Assembly (NCBI GenBank): GCA_964016885.1
Contig: OZ024741.1
Location: forward strand, 81,220,001 to 81,284,000
Direction of reading: 5' to 3'
Source: Eledone cirrhosa
Lineage: Eukaryota
Length of the DNA: 64,000 bases
The translations under genes and the position numbers were made by a program. The notes beneath the pieces are model-generated. The model searched no databases and was not told the DNA's origin. It was given only the letters and a program-made list of their open reading frames with translations. Shown here one piece after another: positions 1 through 11,879 of this stretch (position 1 is its first letter; each line of letters begins with the position of its first letter).

Positions 1-468
1 GAGTTAGAAAAACTTATGATGAGGTGATAATAGTTGACCTTGCACAATTGCATCTCTTGAAGGCAATGACACAAGATTGAGATCTCTGGTGTCATGCAGT
101 AATACAGAAAACCCACCTTTCCATGTGCATGGGTTGAAGCATACATCTTGTATGCACTACCTTCCCTCCCCTTTTTCATACACCCTCACATCCTAACACC
201 CCCTTGCACCTCCTACCTTTTAACACTCCACCCTTATCCACATAACTATAGCACCAATATTCTCTTGATAGGTGTCCACTTATCCCCATGTACTTGCTCG
301 ACCTCAGCCCCCAGTCCACACTGTAAATGAGGTTGGTGATAGGAAGGGCATCCAGATGTAGAAACCAAACCAGAAACAGTTCTGTATAAGCAAGACATGG
401 TCATCTAATCTGGCTTGTCTCACAGCCGGACAACTCATCAAACTCATGCTAGCATAGAAAAATGAATG
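1..468 (+). mobile_element. RTE-clade LINE 3' remnant (C-terminal ORF end + 3' UTR); its tail is split by a piggyBac and resumes at 1732-1742
   Basis: Translates RKTYDEVIIVDLAQLHL..MTQD.DLW..AVIQKT, matching the C-terminus of the RTE at 3685-4083. Tail motifs cagtccacactgtaaatgaggttggtgataggaagggcatccag and catgctagcat..aatgTTAA rejoin atgatgatg after the piggyBac. Confidence 0.75.
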
Positions 469-534
469 TTAACCCTTTAGCATTCGCATTAATTTTCAAA
501 CGTCATGCTTATCTGTTCGCATTATTTTCAGTTA

Positions 535-708
535 ATCGGTAGAGGGTTGGACGCCATGCTTTCTAGCACAGTTACGTCCCTTTACAGTCTGAGTTCAAAT
601 CCCGCTGCGGTTAACTTTGCCTTTCATCCTTACGGGGTCGATAAAATAAAGTACCAGTAACGTACTGGCTAATTGCTGGCCTTGTGCCTAAAGTAGAAAC
701 AATTATTT
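535..708 (+). mobile_element. tRNA-derived SINE carried inside piggyBac copy 1
   Basis: B-box-like gagttcaaatccc, core ttaactttgcctttcatccttacggggtcgataaaataaagtaccagt and tail ttgctggccttgtgcctaaagtagaaac, shared with many free SINE copies in the window. Confidence 0.85.
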
Positions 709-856
709 GTTAATTGTACTCAAGAGGGTTATCAATTTTATTTGTTTGTAATTTTCTTAATTTTCTATGTGCAGGCTTGAAATTTTGTCAGTAGATGTTT
801 AAATATCAATAATTTATAATTATATAATTTTACCTGACTTTAATGGGCAGGTGAAA

Positions 857-1466
857 TTAATTAATAGGGGCATTTGAAGTATCAATCAGGTGCAAATACT
901 GGTTTAATTTTAAATACGTTGTTTTCGGCATAATACTTGATATATAAGAATCACTAAACTTTATATCAGTGCTCCAGTAATTCCACAGTCTTGGAAATTG
1001 TTTTATACCGAACATAATATTTACGGTAAAAAATACTTGCATTTCCGCAACATCTGTTGGTCGCCATAACAGATCGGGTTTTCCTCGATTTGAAATCTGT
1101 TGTTGGGTATATCGATTAATCTCTTCTGCCACAACTTCGAAGAAAAGTTTGTGGTAAAAACAAAAAGAAATAATCCAGTGCTTTAGCATCGGGAGCTAAT
1201 GTGTGTTGTGGACCAGTATTTTGAATAAAATCGGGAACATATATTGGTGGTATTTTTCAACCACGTTGCTGTAATATTTTCAATGGCATCTGGAGACCTC
1301 CTTCATTTTCACTTTCAAAACAATCAACATAGGACGAAATTTCAGAAATGTAAACATCAGATTCATTTGAAGATAAATCACTAATATTATCTTTTGTTTC
1401 TTGTTTATTCTGAATGTCGATGTGTGTAAAACCTTCAAAGTCGGTATCACTACTTTCATAAGCCAT
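857..1466 (-). pseudogene. piggyBac (PGBD-like) transposase N-terminal fragment, frameshifted, catalytic DDD region absent
   Basis: Acidic N-terminus MAYESSDTDFEGF, then EEINRY..W.PTDVAEM..FF...I.FGIK..PRL..YWS....MPK..Y.KL..YLHL, typical of the piggyBac transposase N-terminal part. Confidence 0.85.
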
Positions 1467-1774
1467 GTTGATACAAAAAAAAAATTTGTTGCACTTTCAA
1501 AGTTAAAAAAACACTTGTTGTTTTAAGTTGTTCCACTATATTAAGTGTTAATTTTCACGGTAAGAGCCTAATCTCGCAGCAGTCTCGAATTGACGAGGTT
1601 TTGATGATGGTTTGTTTATTTTTAGAACAATATTTTAGTGTGGGTGTTATCGGCCGGTTTCGAGCGGTTTGAACAAATGAAGGGGAAATAATTTTGGCCG
1701 GTTTTGGGCGATTTGAACACTAAAGGGTTAAATGATGATGATATATCAATCAAAGAGAAATAACAAAGCAAATG

Positions 1775-1900
1775 ACAGTACAATGAAGAAATATATTAGT
1801 TTTATGCTTGATATAGTAGGAAAAGAGTCTTAACATTTTGGGTGCTAGTTCTTCATCAGAAAATAGAATGAGAAATTAAAGAAGAAATAGAAAGATAGAG
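1775..1900 (-). mobile_element. Short Penelope-type repeat with a decayed hammerhead motif
   Basis: Reverse complement is homologous to 28590-28730. CTGATGA on the minus strand at 1859-1853, but the GAAA box reads CAAAA. Confidence 0.6.
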
Positions 1901-2030
1901 CAGAATGCGCAATGGTAGAAACAAAAAAAAAAAAACACAAAAAAAAGAATAGGTCTATTTCAGTCTCTTGGAAAACTGTTGTATCTGGCATTGATAAATA
2001 AGAAAATCAGTTGGTCTTATTTTAAAAGAG

Positions 2031-2300
2031 ATCATCATCATCACCGTTTTACGTCCATTCTTCCATGCTAGCATGGGTTAGACGGGCTGTCCTGTTGTGG
2101 GCAGTGTCTGGTCGGCTGACCATGCCTTGCTCATACAGGAACTGATATTGGCTTGATTTCTACAGCTGGATGCCCTTCCTAACACCAACCTCATTTAGAG
2201 TGAGTGGTGGGTGCTTTTTCCGTGGCGCCTACACGTCCACTTTACAGTGTGGGCTGGGTGCTTTTTGCCGTGGCACCTCCACGACCACCTTGCAGTGGGA
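2031..2300 (-). mobile_element. RTE 3'-UTR/tail-derived short element
   Basis: (ATC)n then cgtccattcttccatgctagcatggg and ttctacagctggatgcccttcctaacaccaacc; related copies at ~39525-39690 and 41537-41712. Confidence 0.8.
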
Positions 2301-2384
2301 GGGTGTGCGGGCATATTGTCTATATGCTTCAGCTTGTACCCATGGGAGGTCGGGTACTCTTATATTATATATAAGATATATATA

Positions 2385-4460
2385 GAGGAGAATAAATGGG
2401 AGAAAGACAGTCTCCCCCACATCGACCCAATAGAGGGACCAGCAGTGTTAGTCGAAGGTAGTATAATAAGTAAGGCAATCAAAGATATGAAGATGGGTAA
2501 GGCGGCTGGGCCTTCGGAAATAGTTGCTGAGATGCTGAAACGGTGGGACACCCCATGGTCACCCGGATAGTAAACCAAGTCATACAGAATGGGGTTGTTC
2601 CGAAGGACTGGCGTAGCAGCATCATTATTAACTGTTACAAGGGTAAAGGAGATGCCCTAGTTAGGGGCATTAAATTAATCGACCAGGTCATGAAGGTCAC
2701 GGAAAAAGTAATAGCGCAACTAATCAGAGAGAGAATTGATCTAGATGAAATGCAGTTCGGGTTTGTGTCACGCAAAAGTACCACAGACGCTCTTTTCATT
2801 GTACGACAACTACAGGAGAAGTACCTACCTAAAAGTAAACCCCTATACTTAGCTTTTGTCGACTTGGAGAAAGCCTTCGACAGAGTCCCCCGTTCCATTA
2901 TCTGGTGGGCTCTTAGAAAACTAGGTGTTGACGAATGGCTTGTGAGAACTATACAAGCCATGTATAAAGAAACAGTCAGCAAGGTTAGAATTAACAACGA
3001 ATATAGTGAAGAGTTTAGCGTAAAGTTGGTGTTCATCAGGGCTCTGTTCTTAGCCCCCTACTATTTATTATTGCCCTTCAGGCTATAACAGTGGAGTTCA
3101 AGACCGGCTGCCCATGGGAACTCCTATACGCAGATGATCTAACACTCATAGCTGAATCAATGGCCGAGCTAGAGAAGAAATTCCAAACATGGAAGCTCGG
3201 CCTAGAATCAAAAGGCCTTAAAATTAACCTGGCTAAGACTAAAGTTCTAGTTTGTAGGAAAGAAAATAAGCCACCGGTCCCTTCCGGGAAATGGCCATGC
3301 TCAGTGTGTAGGAAAGGCGTAGGTAGAAACTCCATTTTATGTCCCAAATGCAAAGTATGGGTGCATAAAAGATGTAGTGGGATCACAGGTAAGCTAACTA
3401 AGAACATAGATTTTACATGTGGCCAGTGCTCTGGTGCAATAAGTAGCAGCAAGTGCCCACAAAATACTAGCTCTTTCAATTGCGCAGAGGGTTCTATAGA
3501 AATAGTGGACAGCTTCCGTTACCTGGGTGACAAAATCAGCAGTGGGGGAGGGTGCTCGGAAAGTACAGTAGCTAGAGTCAGAACTGGATGGAAAAAGTTC
3601 AGAGAGCTTATACCACTATTAGCCGCTAAAGGGTTCTCCCTAAAAATGAAAGGCAGGTTGTATGATGCCTGCATATGAACAGCAATGTTGCATGGCAGTG
3701 AGACCTGGGCATTGTGTGCAGAGGATATACGCAGACTAGAGAGGAACGAAGCTTGCATGCTCAGCTGGATGTGTAATAGTAATATACATGAACGGCAAAG
3801 CATAAACGAACTAAGGGAAAAATTAGAAATAAGAGGGATCAGATGTTGTTTACTCGAGAGAAGGCTACGTTGGTATGGTCACGTGATGCGCATGAAAGAC
3901 GACAGCTGTATAAAAAAGTGCAGGGCAATAAAGATAGACGGTAGCCACGGAGTAGGCAGACCCAGAAAAACCTGGGACGAGCTGATAAATTCCGACCTCA
4001 CACACTTACACCTCTCCAAGACAATGTCACTGGACCGAGATCTTTGGCGGTACTCAGTAATAGAGAAGACCCGCCTTGCCTAAATACAAAGTAAACCTAC
4101 TACAGTCAGTAGGCATCTCTAACAAAATACGCCCCCATCACACCACCCCACCCCATCCACACCATCAATGTAAAATTACGTTGGTGCCACAACATCCAGG
4201 CCGAAACAAATGAGATCGTGTAGGTGTCACGACAAAAAAACACACAGTCCACGCTGTAATGTGGCCGTGTAGGCAACACGGTAAAAACCTCCCAGTCCCA
4301 CACTGTAAATGTGGTTGGTGTTAGGAAGGGCACCCAGCTGTAGAAAACCCGCCAGACAGTCCTATGCGAGCAAGACAACCACTCTTGCCTCAAGTGGGAA
4401 AACTCCCGTCCAAACCCATGCAAGCGTGGAACATGGACGTTAAACGATGATGATGATGAT
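2385..4460 (+). mobile_element. 5'-truncated RTE-clade LINE (RT, PHD-like finger, C-terminal domain, 3' UTR, (GAT)n tail); disrupted
   Basis: RT motifs QFGF, FVDLEKAFDRVPR, GVHQGSVLSP, LYADDL, KTK, FRYLG; C-terminal RRLRWYGHVMR and GRPRKTW. Frameshifts and a CGA>TGA stop at 3676; ends ggacgttaaac(gat)n. Confidence 0.95.
3298..3429 (+). other. C4HC3 PHD-like zinc finger coded within the RTE ORF (also 34157-34288 and 63766-63897)
   Basis: CSVC-x10-CPKC-x4-H-x2-C-x14-CGQC spacing, located between the KTK and FRYLG RT motifs. Confidence 0.8.
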
Positions 4461-5650
4461 GTGTGTGTGTGTGCGTAGGAAACCACTGGCAATGTACACA
4501 TATGTAAAACTTAATACAAATACTCTCAACTTTTTACATTGTGTTGATTGCTCTTTTCATTCGCGCGCGCGTGCGTGTGATATATATATATATAATTATG
4601 TACTGGCAAAGTAGGAATCTACTAAAAATAGACATGTAAGCAGCAAGTGAACTAGCACTAATTTTGGAGTAAAGAAAAAAAATCGTAAACCAAAAAATAA
4701 AATAAAAAATAAGTGAAAAAAAAAAGAATCAACAAAAAGTAAGAAGTAAAATTGTAAAAATGTAAATAAAAAAGAAACCGAAATCAAAAATTAAATTTGA
4801 AAAAAAAAAAAACCCTCAACTTAACCCTCCACAAACACACATGCACACACACAAACAGAAGCACAGATCTTTCATTGCAATCTATAAAATTGGTGGGTTT
4901 TTATCAAGTTCATTTCCTCTTAACGAGCAGTTGCAGAATGTATCAATTAGATTATTCGATATATTGGTAATAGCCCGAGTATATTGAAAGAATCAATTAT
5001 TGATATTACGGACGCAGGTTCTGTTTTGGAAGTGAGGGCAAGATGTGGCTGTAGCAGAGAAGAGATGAAAAACACTCCTTGTTAAATGTAGCAGTTAAAA
5101 TGTCTATGATTTGACTTCTTTAAAATTAAAATAAATAAATAATACTAAAATAAAATTATATAAACTAAGACAAAAATGTCGACATTCAAATATTTCAATT
5201 TCACAAGCTAAGGACATTCCTTGGTGAAAATTAACCAACAATTTGTGTAGAATTTTTCACCAATATTTCTATTGATCATTCTTTAGCATCTTTCACACCC
5301 TTTCACACATCTTTATCTCTCCTCCCTGTCTCAAACCTATTTTTCACCAATTTTCTATCTCACTTTTACTCTCTAACTCTCCTTTTTCGCCTATCTTTCT
5401 GTCACCTCCTTCTCTCTATCCATCTATATTTTATTATAACTGTGAAGCTATACCTGTGTTCCTGGTATAGCTTCCCATATATAATAAAATATACAACAGG
5501 CTAAGCTTGTATTGAGTTTTGCACAAGTCAACAATCCATCCATCTATCTGACACGTTTTTTTTTCTGTCTTTCACCATTCTATATCAAACTTTTGCACTT
5601 CTATCTACAATGTTCTTCCTCTGAGTTATATCTCTTTCTTTCTCTCTCTC

Positions 5651-5750
<100 letters not shown>

Positions 5751-6904
5751 TAGTTTCTTTCTTGCTCATGTAGTGATAGGTTTCAAAGACCAAGAAAAAA
5801 AGTTCAACTGCACCATAGCCTAAACCTCAGTATGGCATATCACCATGACTACCACAGCCTATATCCATAAATAGGAAACTAACCAAACAGCATACCACCA
5901 CTACCACCACAGCCTATGTCTATAAAAAGAGGATATGGTGTGTGTGTGAGTATGTATGCAATATTTATTGGAGAAAAAAAATTCAATTTATATAAATGAA
6001 AGTGCCCCATGGGTTATGGCTAACTGTGAGTTGAAAATTTGTACCTAGAAAATTCTCTACAAAAATCAAGTGTGGGAAGTTTCTTTTTTCTTTTGTGAAA
6101 GACCTACAGTAGTCATTGCATACCAGCCTCCCTTCTCCATGCTACTAATGTCCAAAGGAAAAGCAAGGGTTTATACAGTTTGGCACCAGTGATGTCACAG
6201 GTAAACTAAGAACTCAGTCCAAAAGATTTTTGGTTTGCTTTTTTTTTACATCCATTCCATCTTTAACTACAAACATCCTGTAATGATTTAGCAGAAAATG
6301 TCTAAAAAGGGGTTTGTTAATTCAAATATTTATAGTACCTTTACCAGCAGTCAGTCTGTTGTGAAAATTTTGTATGTGATGCACTTTTGTACTTTTCATA
6401 AAATATCTTTCTAATGCGGTTTTATGTGGTACAGGACTCTCTAAGAACAATCCAAAACTTAAACAGTCACACAACTGTATCTTGAAGATCATAGTAGATC
6501 ATGGGGAGGGGAAAATTTGAATTTTGGGTGAGAAGGCTTCTTGACTTCAGCAAATATAGATGTAGTGTATAACATCCATAGGGGTGCTTACTTCTCACAG
6601 TTTCTGAAACAGTTACACATTAATATACTAAGAAGTAGGGGAGATAGAGATGGAGAGAGGCAGAAAGAAAGTGAGAGAAAGGCAGCAAGAGTGAAAGAGA
6701 GAGAAAGGTGACAAGAGAGTGAAAGAGAATGGGAGGACAATGAGAAAGAGGGGGAGAAAGAGTGAGGGAAAGAGAGAGAGAAAGAGGAAAAGAGTGGCAT
6801 GATGTCAGAAAAAAACTGTGGTCTCCAGTCAACAGTTGATTAAGGTTATGTCTCTGCAGTGCCAGCTGTATGTGCATGTGTAATGAAATGATAAATGACA
6901 TTTA

Positions 6905-7170
6905 CATCTCATAGGAGGTTTCTTGGGTGTTTTAATGAGAGGAGCTGCACTCTTGTCATGGTATTGTTATTAAAGCTCACCTCTAAGTGGGTTTACTTAG
7001 CCTCCTCTGAAGTTTTATTTTATAGGTTTCTTGAGTGTTTTAATAATAGGGACCCCACTCCTATCATGCTGTTGAGGCTAACACCAGTTTAGGTTTACCT
7101 AGCCTCCTCTGAATTTGCATTTTATAGGTTTCTTGTGTGTTTTATTGATAAGGGCTCTATTACTATCATG
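6905..7170. repeat. Degenerate ~100-110 bp tandem repeat, about 2.5-3 units
   Basis: Recurring aggtttcttg.gtgtttta.t...tcatg and ggtttac.tagcctcctctgaa. Confidence 0.75.
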
Positions 7171-7292
7171 GGAGACAACATGAAATGAAGAATCTTGCTT
7201 AAGGACAGAATGTACTGCTTGGTACAGGAATCAAACTCATGACCTTGTGATCATGAGTCCTAACCACTACCTAACCACTAGGCCAACTGCCT
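7170..7292 (-). mobile_element. tRNA-head SINE, second family (related pieces ~9985-10105, 28210-28510, 33530-33690, 35590-35800, 39720-39800, 61340-61605)
   Basis: caacatgaaatgaag..tcttgct.aaggac..aa...ggaatcaaactc...ctaaccactaggcca; reverse complement gives A/B-box-like tggcctagtggttagg...gagtttgattcc. Confidence 0.7.
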
Positions 7293-7629
7293 ACTAGATT
7301 TTATTACACAGGAGGTTTCTCAGATATATAAACGATATTTGCTCCCAGTCCTACACATAAACATACCTAGTCACATGTTATGCCATGCTGATTCAGATTT
7401 GGAATTACATTAAAGTTACATGTCTGTGGAAAACTCAACCACTTATACATTAATTCACAAGTCAGACACCCAGTTGATTGAATAACTCATGATGGAGGAT
7501 CTGCACCCCCACCACCACCACATAGGTTTGAGCTAAATGATAGAAATTTGCTGTTTGAATAACTGTAGCTTAAATAATCAAAGAAACGAAATCAAATTAG
7601 ATCAATGAATTGCTTGTTTGGTAAATGAA

Positions 7630-7820
7630 TAATTGTTTCTAACATTGGCACAAGGGGGGGGGGGGGGGGCAACATTTAACTGTAACTTATTTTATCAATT
7701 CCGGGAGGGTGAAAGGGAAAGATGACCTTGCAGGGATTTGAGCTCAGAATGTAGAACATCTTAACTAAATAGTTCAAAGCATTCCGTCTGATGCTTTAAT
7801 GGTACTAACAATCCACTGCC
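7630..7820 (-). mobile_element. tRNA-derived SINE (family of 535-708)
   Basis: Reverse complement of core (ttttatcaattccgggagggtgaaagggaaagatgacct...gatttgagctcagaa) and tail (tttctaacattggcacaagg). Confidence 0.75.
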
Positions 7821-7994
7821 TTTGATAAATTAATAATAAAATATGTGATGTCTATGATGGAGCCACTGTGGAATTGGCAAGAACAGGTCAGTACTCTGTG
7901 GTTTGGTGGGGACAAAAGCAAATTTAGATTGAAGATATACAACTTGAAAATGTATCACAAATCTGTATTTGGAATTACAATCGCTAAAAACCAA

Positions 7995-8790
7995 AATCTT
8001 TGGTTACCATATTTTAAAGGAAATACACTGTACATGGATTAATTACTGAAGAATTTGGAGAATTACTAAAATTATTAAATAATCTATTAATTAGATATTT
8101 GTAACATAACAAAAGGCACTTATATCAAATTATGTTGGAAGGCTTTAATGTGAAAAGGAACCCTATAAATGAATGGTTTTGTTTCATAAATCCAAAGATG
8201 GTTTTGGGTAGGTTGGTATCAAAAATATCAAACTGCTTGTGATTTTCAAATTATTTTGAAAATAATCAAGAATTTGGCAGGGTTTAGTAAAATAGCCTAC
8301 TTTCTCACTATTAAGCTGGTGTTTGCAACACATTGTAACAGATGGTTATAAAAACACCTTAAAATATAGTTTTGAATACCAGAACCAGGGGCATTTAATC
8401 TTTTTGTTACCATATTTGTATGACAGAAATTGCCAATTTTCAAAGTAACCAAGTACTTGGAGGGTTTTAGTAAAATAACTTTCCCTTTTAGTTGGTGTTT
8501 GGAATATAACTTAAAGATTTATACATGAGACATGAGGTTTTAGAAAAATATAAACACTAACTACTTTTATTACTATATTCCTTTCTAATGAAAGACACTG
8601 CCAATGATTTTGAATTCATTTTCAAAATGGTCAAGAATTTGAAAGGAATTTGAAATATAACTAAATTTCTCATTATTAATATATTTGGAGCGTAACATTA
8701 CGATAGAAAGCTTTCAGACAAATAAAAACATTTAAAAATAGATATTTCTGTATACCATGTTTTCAGATAATTTGATATTAAACAGGTTCT
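7995..8790 (-). mobile_element. Tandem cluster of 3-4 decayed TTAA-type MITE family B copies
   Basis: Repeated ttttgaaaataatcaagaattt..ttagtaaaata..tttctca.tattaag.tggtgtttg and agaaccaggggc..tt blocks homologous to 11187-11435 and 31890-32206. Confidence 0.65.
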
Positions 8791-10425
8791 CAATCTGCTA
8801 AGATGGAGATTTGGCTGCTATTTCTAGCAGGTTAAACAACCTCATCCTCTTGTTTACTGTATAATTTACTGTCAGAATGGATGAGATTAAGCAATATGGA
8901 TAGGATGGTGATATTCTCACTTTTGACTCAAGTAAACAATCATGATCATTCAAATTTACTTTAGGTTGTGTATATATGTATGTTAGATCATACAAAGAAG
9001 AAAAAGAAGATAGTGTATCTTGGAGGGTTTCCAAATTATAGAGGGTTGAATAACTGTTCAGTTTGGTCATGATCATCTTAAAAGATGGGAAAATGATACA
9101 GTAATAGTGAAGGAGAAAGAGGGACAGGGAAGAGGGATATGAGGAGAATGAGAGAGAAGAGTGAGAGAAAAAGAAAAGGAGAGTGGGTGAGAGAGAGAGA
9201 GATGAAAAGGAGAGAAAGTGAGGGGGGAGAGAGAGAGAGAGAATCACCACCACTAACTTCAAGTAGCAAAACAAATACCACCACAATCGCCACCACCATC
9301 ACAACTGCAATCATCACAATATCACTGCAACCACAACCACCTCAACTGGCACCATTACTACTACAACCACCACCACCACCACCACCACCTCTTCCACAGC
9401 TGATGGTAACAGGATTGTTATAATCACTATAAACACAATGATTAACAATATTGTTTGTTTGTTTAATATGTGAAAGAAAATGTACTAGGAGTCTGTCCAA
9501 ATGACTAACTGTTAAATTCTAATGTCACAGGTTTATTAACAAATCATCACCAAAAGCACAATAAAGCCAAAAAAGGTTAAAAAAAAAAATATATATATAT
9601 ATAAATGGAAATACAAAACAAAAACGAAAGGAAAACAAAGAAAAAGGTGGTGCCCCAGAATGGCCACAAATGAAAGAAGACAAACAATATAATTTTCAGC
9701 TCACATCTATGTAAATTTAACTGGCCTCCTACTAAATTTTTGACTTGTTTTAATGACTGAGGCCTTTGTTCTATCACGTGTATATGGTCATCATTTGACA
9801 TCTGTCTTGATGATACATATGATAGGCTTGGGGTCCCCTATCAATGAACCAGCCAAGAAACCTATGAGATTCAACTTCATTTATATGTATATGTATGTGC
9901 ATGTGTGTACATATGTATGTTGTTACAGCTCATACCTATGTAGGTTTAGCTGGATGGACTTCTACAAGGTAGCATCTAACAGATTTGAAGAGCAACATGA
10001 TATGAAGTGTCTTGTCTTGCTGAAGAATACAACATGCCGCTTGGTCCAGGAATCAAACACATGACTTTATGATAGTGAGTCTAACACCCAAACCACTAGG
10101 CCCCACACAGGAACAAATAAAACAAGTAAAAGAATGAACAGAATCACACAATTTTCCATCTAAAAATAAAACATTGTAGATATAGAGATATTGACTAAAA
10201 TTGCTGTTATATAGAGTATAGAGTTACAGATTTATTAACAAATGTCAGATAAAAACAAAGACAAAAGGGAAGCAAAGCAAATGGTAGTACCCCAGCATGG
10301 TCACGACCTAATGACTGAAACAAGTAAGAGAATAAAAGAAACAGAAATACATTTCCTCTTCAAAGAGAATAATAATCAGATATATTGGGAGAAACAGTGA
10401 TTATATAAAGTTGCAGATTTATTAA

Positions 10426-10665
10426 CCCTTTTGATGCCAAACTGCCTTTAACCACTCCTGGTTATATGATACAACACTGTTTTGAAGTGTTTATATCTGA
10501 CAACATTCTTGTCGTAATTTTATTTAAGAATCTTTGTTAAATTATGTTCCAAACACCAACTTAACAATGCGAAACTTAATTATATTAATTACTAAATCTC
10601 TCCAAATTCTTGATTATTTTCAAAATTATAGGCAAAGTCTCATTATAAATATAGCAATGGAAAAG
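10426..10665 (+). mobile_element. piggyBac-like MITE family B
   Basis: TTAA-CCCTTTTGAT start, GAAAAG-TTAA end; internal cctggtt.tatgatac and ttatgttccaaacacca.ctta shared with other copies. Confidence 0.75.
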
Positions 10666-11186
10666 TTAAACATTGGAAAAATGAAAAAAAGAAAACAGAA
10701 AACATAAATAAAAAACAAAACAAAAGGAAAAGCAAAGTGAAAGGCAGTGCCCCAGCATGACTGCAGCCTAATGACTGAAGCTAGTAAAAGAATAAAAAGA
10801 AACATATTCCGTCATCAAAGAGAAACCTTCCCTGTAAATAATAAATAATCAGAGATATTGGTGGAATAAACAGTGATTATATAAAGATAGCAACCCTTTA
10901 GGACATTTTCTCTTTGACTGTGTGCTTGGAATTAATCATGGTAGCTTACACTGCTGATTGCTTGTTTCTACAGAACAGGCTGGCTGATGTAATGACTTGT
11001 AATGATGACTTTGTTTGAAGAGGAGGTGAGGCAGAAGAAACAAGAAAGAAAACTATCAAGAAAGCAATGCCTGACAAAACTCTCTTAACAACGGCCTACA
11101 TCACTTTGAAATACAAATATCGGCTCATTAAGTTCTCCTACAAGACGACCATAGAGGAAAAGGTAAAAGAAATACAAAATTGACAA

Positions 11187-11435
11187 TCCTTTAGTGACCA
11201 TGTTTCTAATGAAAGACAGCCTATGATTTTTCAAATCATTTTGAAAACAATAAAACATTTGGATTGATTTAGTAATATAACTTTCTTATTATTAAGTAGG
11301 TGTTTTCAAGCATGACTTAAAGGTTCTTACATGAAATTATAATGGTAGGTGTTTAGATAAACATAAATACTTTAAAATATAGAGCTCTGTATTGTAGAAC
11401 TAGAAATGGTTTCAGGCGAATTGGAATCAAAAGGG
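11187..11435 (-). mobile_element. piggyBac-like MITE family B
   Basis: Ends atcaaaaGGG-TTAA; reverse complement of the 10426 and 31890 copies. Confidence 0.75.
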
Positions 11436-11879
11436 TTAACAATGTCCAATATCTCTTTGAAACACAAATATCAGCTGATTAAGTTCTGCAGCAGCCTGAA
11501 ACTACTGCAAGCTGAAGAGAGAACAGAGCAAAAGATAGGAGAAATATGAAATACATTTTAAAGAAACAGAAGGATGAGAGAATAAGGGAAAAGAAAAGAG
11601 ACAAAAGGAAATTTAATAGCTGATACATACAGATAAATTAAAAAGTTTGCCTTACAATCATGTGGAACTGAGTTTGATATCATACAGTATGGAATCTTAA
11701 GCAATAATTTTTTACCATAGACTCAGGTTAACCCAAACATTCTTAGTGAAACTGACTCAATGGAAATCGTGTGAAAGCCTATCAGATTGTAATTGTTATT
11801 GGGTGGCTAATTTTAACCCTTTCACTGTCACATTTCTAATGAAAGACACTGCCTATGATTTTCAAATAATTTGAAAATA

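Larger units (their letters stand above)
473..1727 (-). mobile_element. Non-autonomous piggyBac-superfamily element, copy 1
   Basis: TTAA at 469-472 and 1728-1731; termini CCCTTTAG...CTAAAGGG; internal transposase N-terminal remnant; closely similar inverted copy at 55353-56626. Confidence 0.92.

Noticed and set aside
535-620. tRNA-like A/B boxes as tRNA genes
   Set aside because: No cloverleaf; these are SINE heads continuous with SINE core sequence.
2635-3803. Minus-strand ORFs overlapping the RTE
   Set aside because: Antisense shadows of the RT coding frame.
10950-11170. Plus-strand ctacAG...agGTAAAA exon-like segment
   Set aside because: Early stops in the frames examined, partial local duplication at ~11445 and no recognisable protein.
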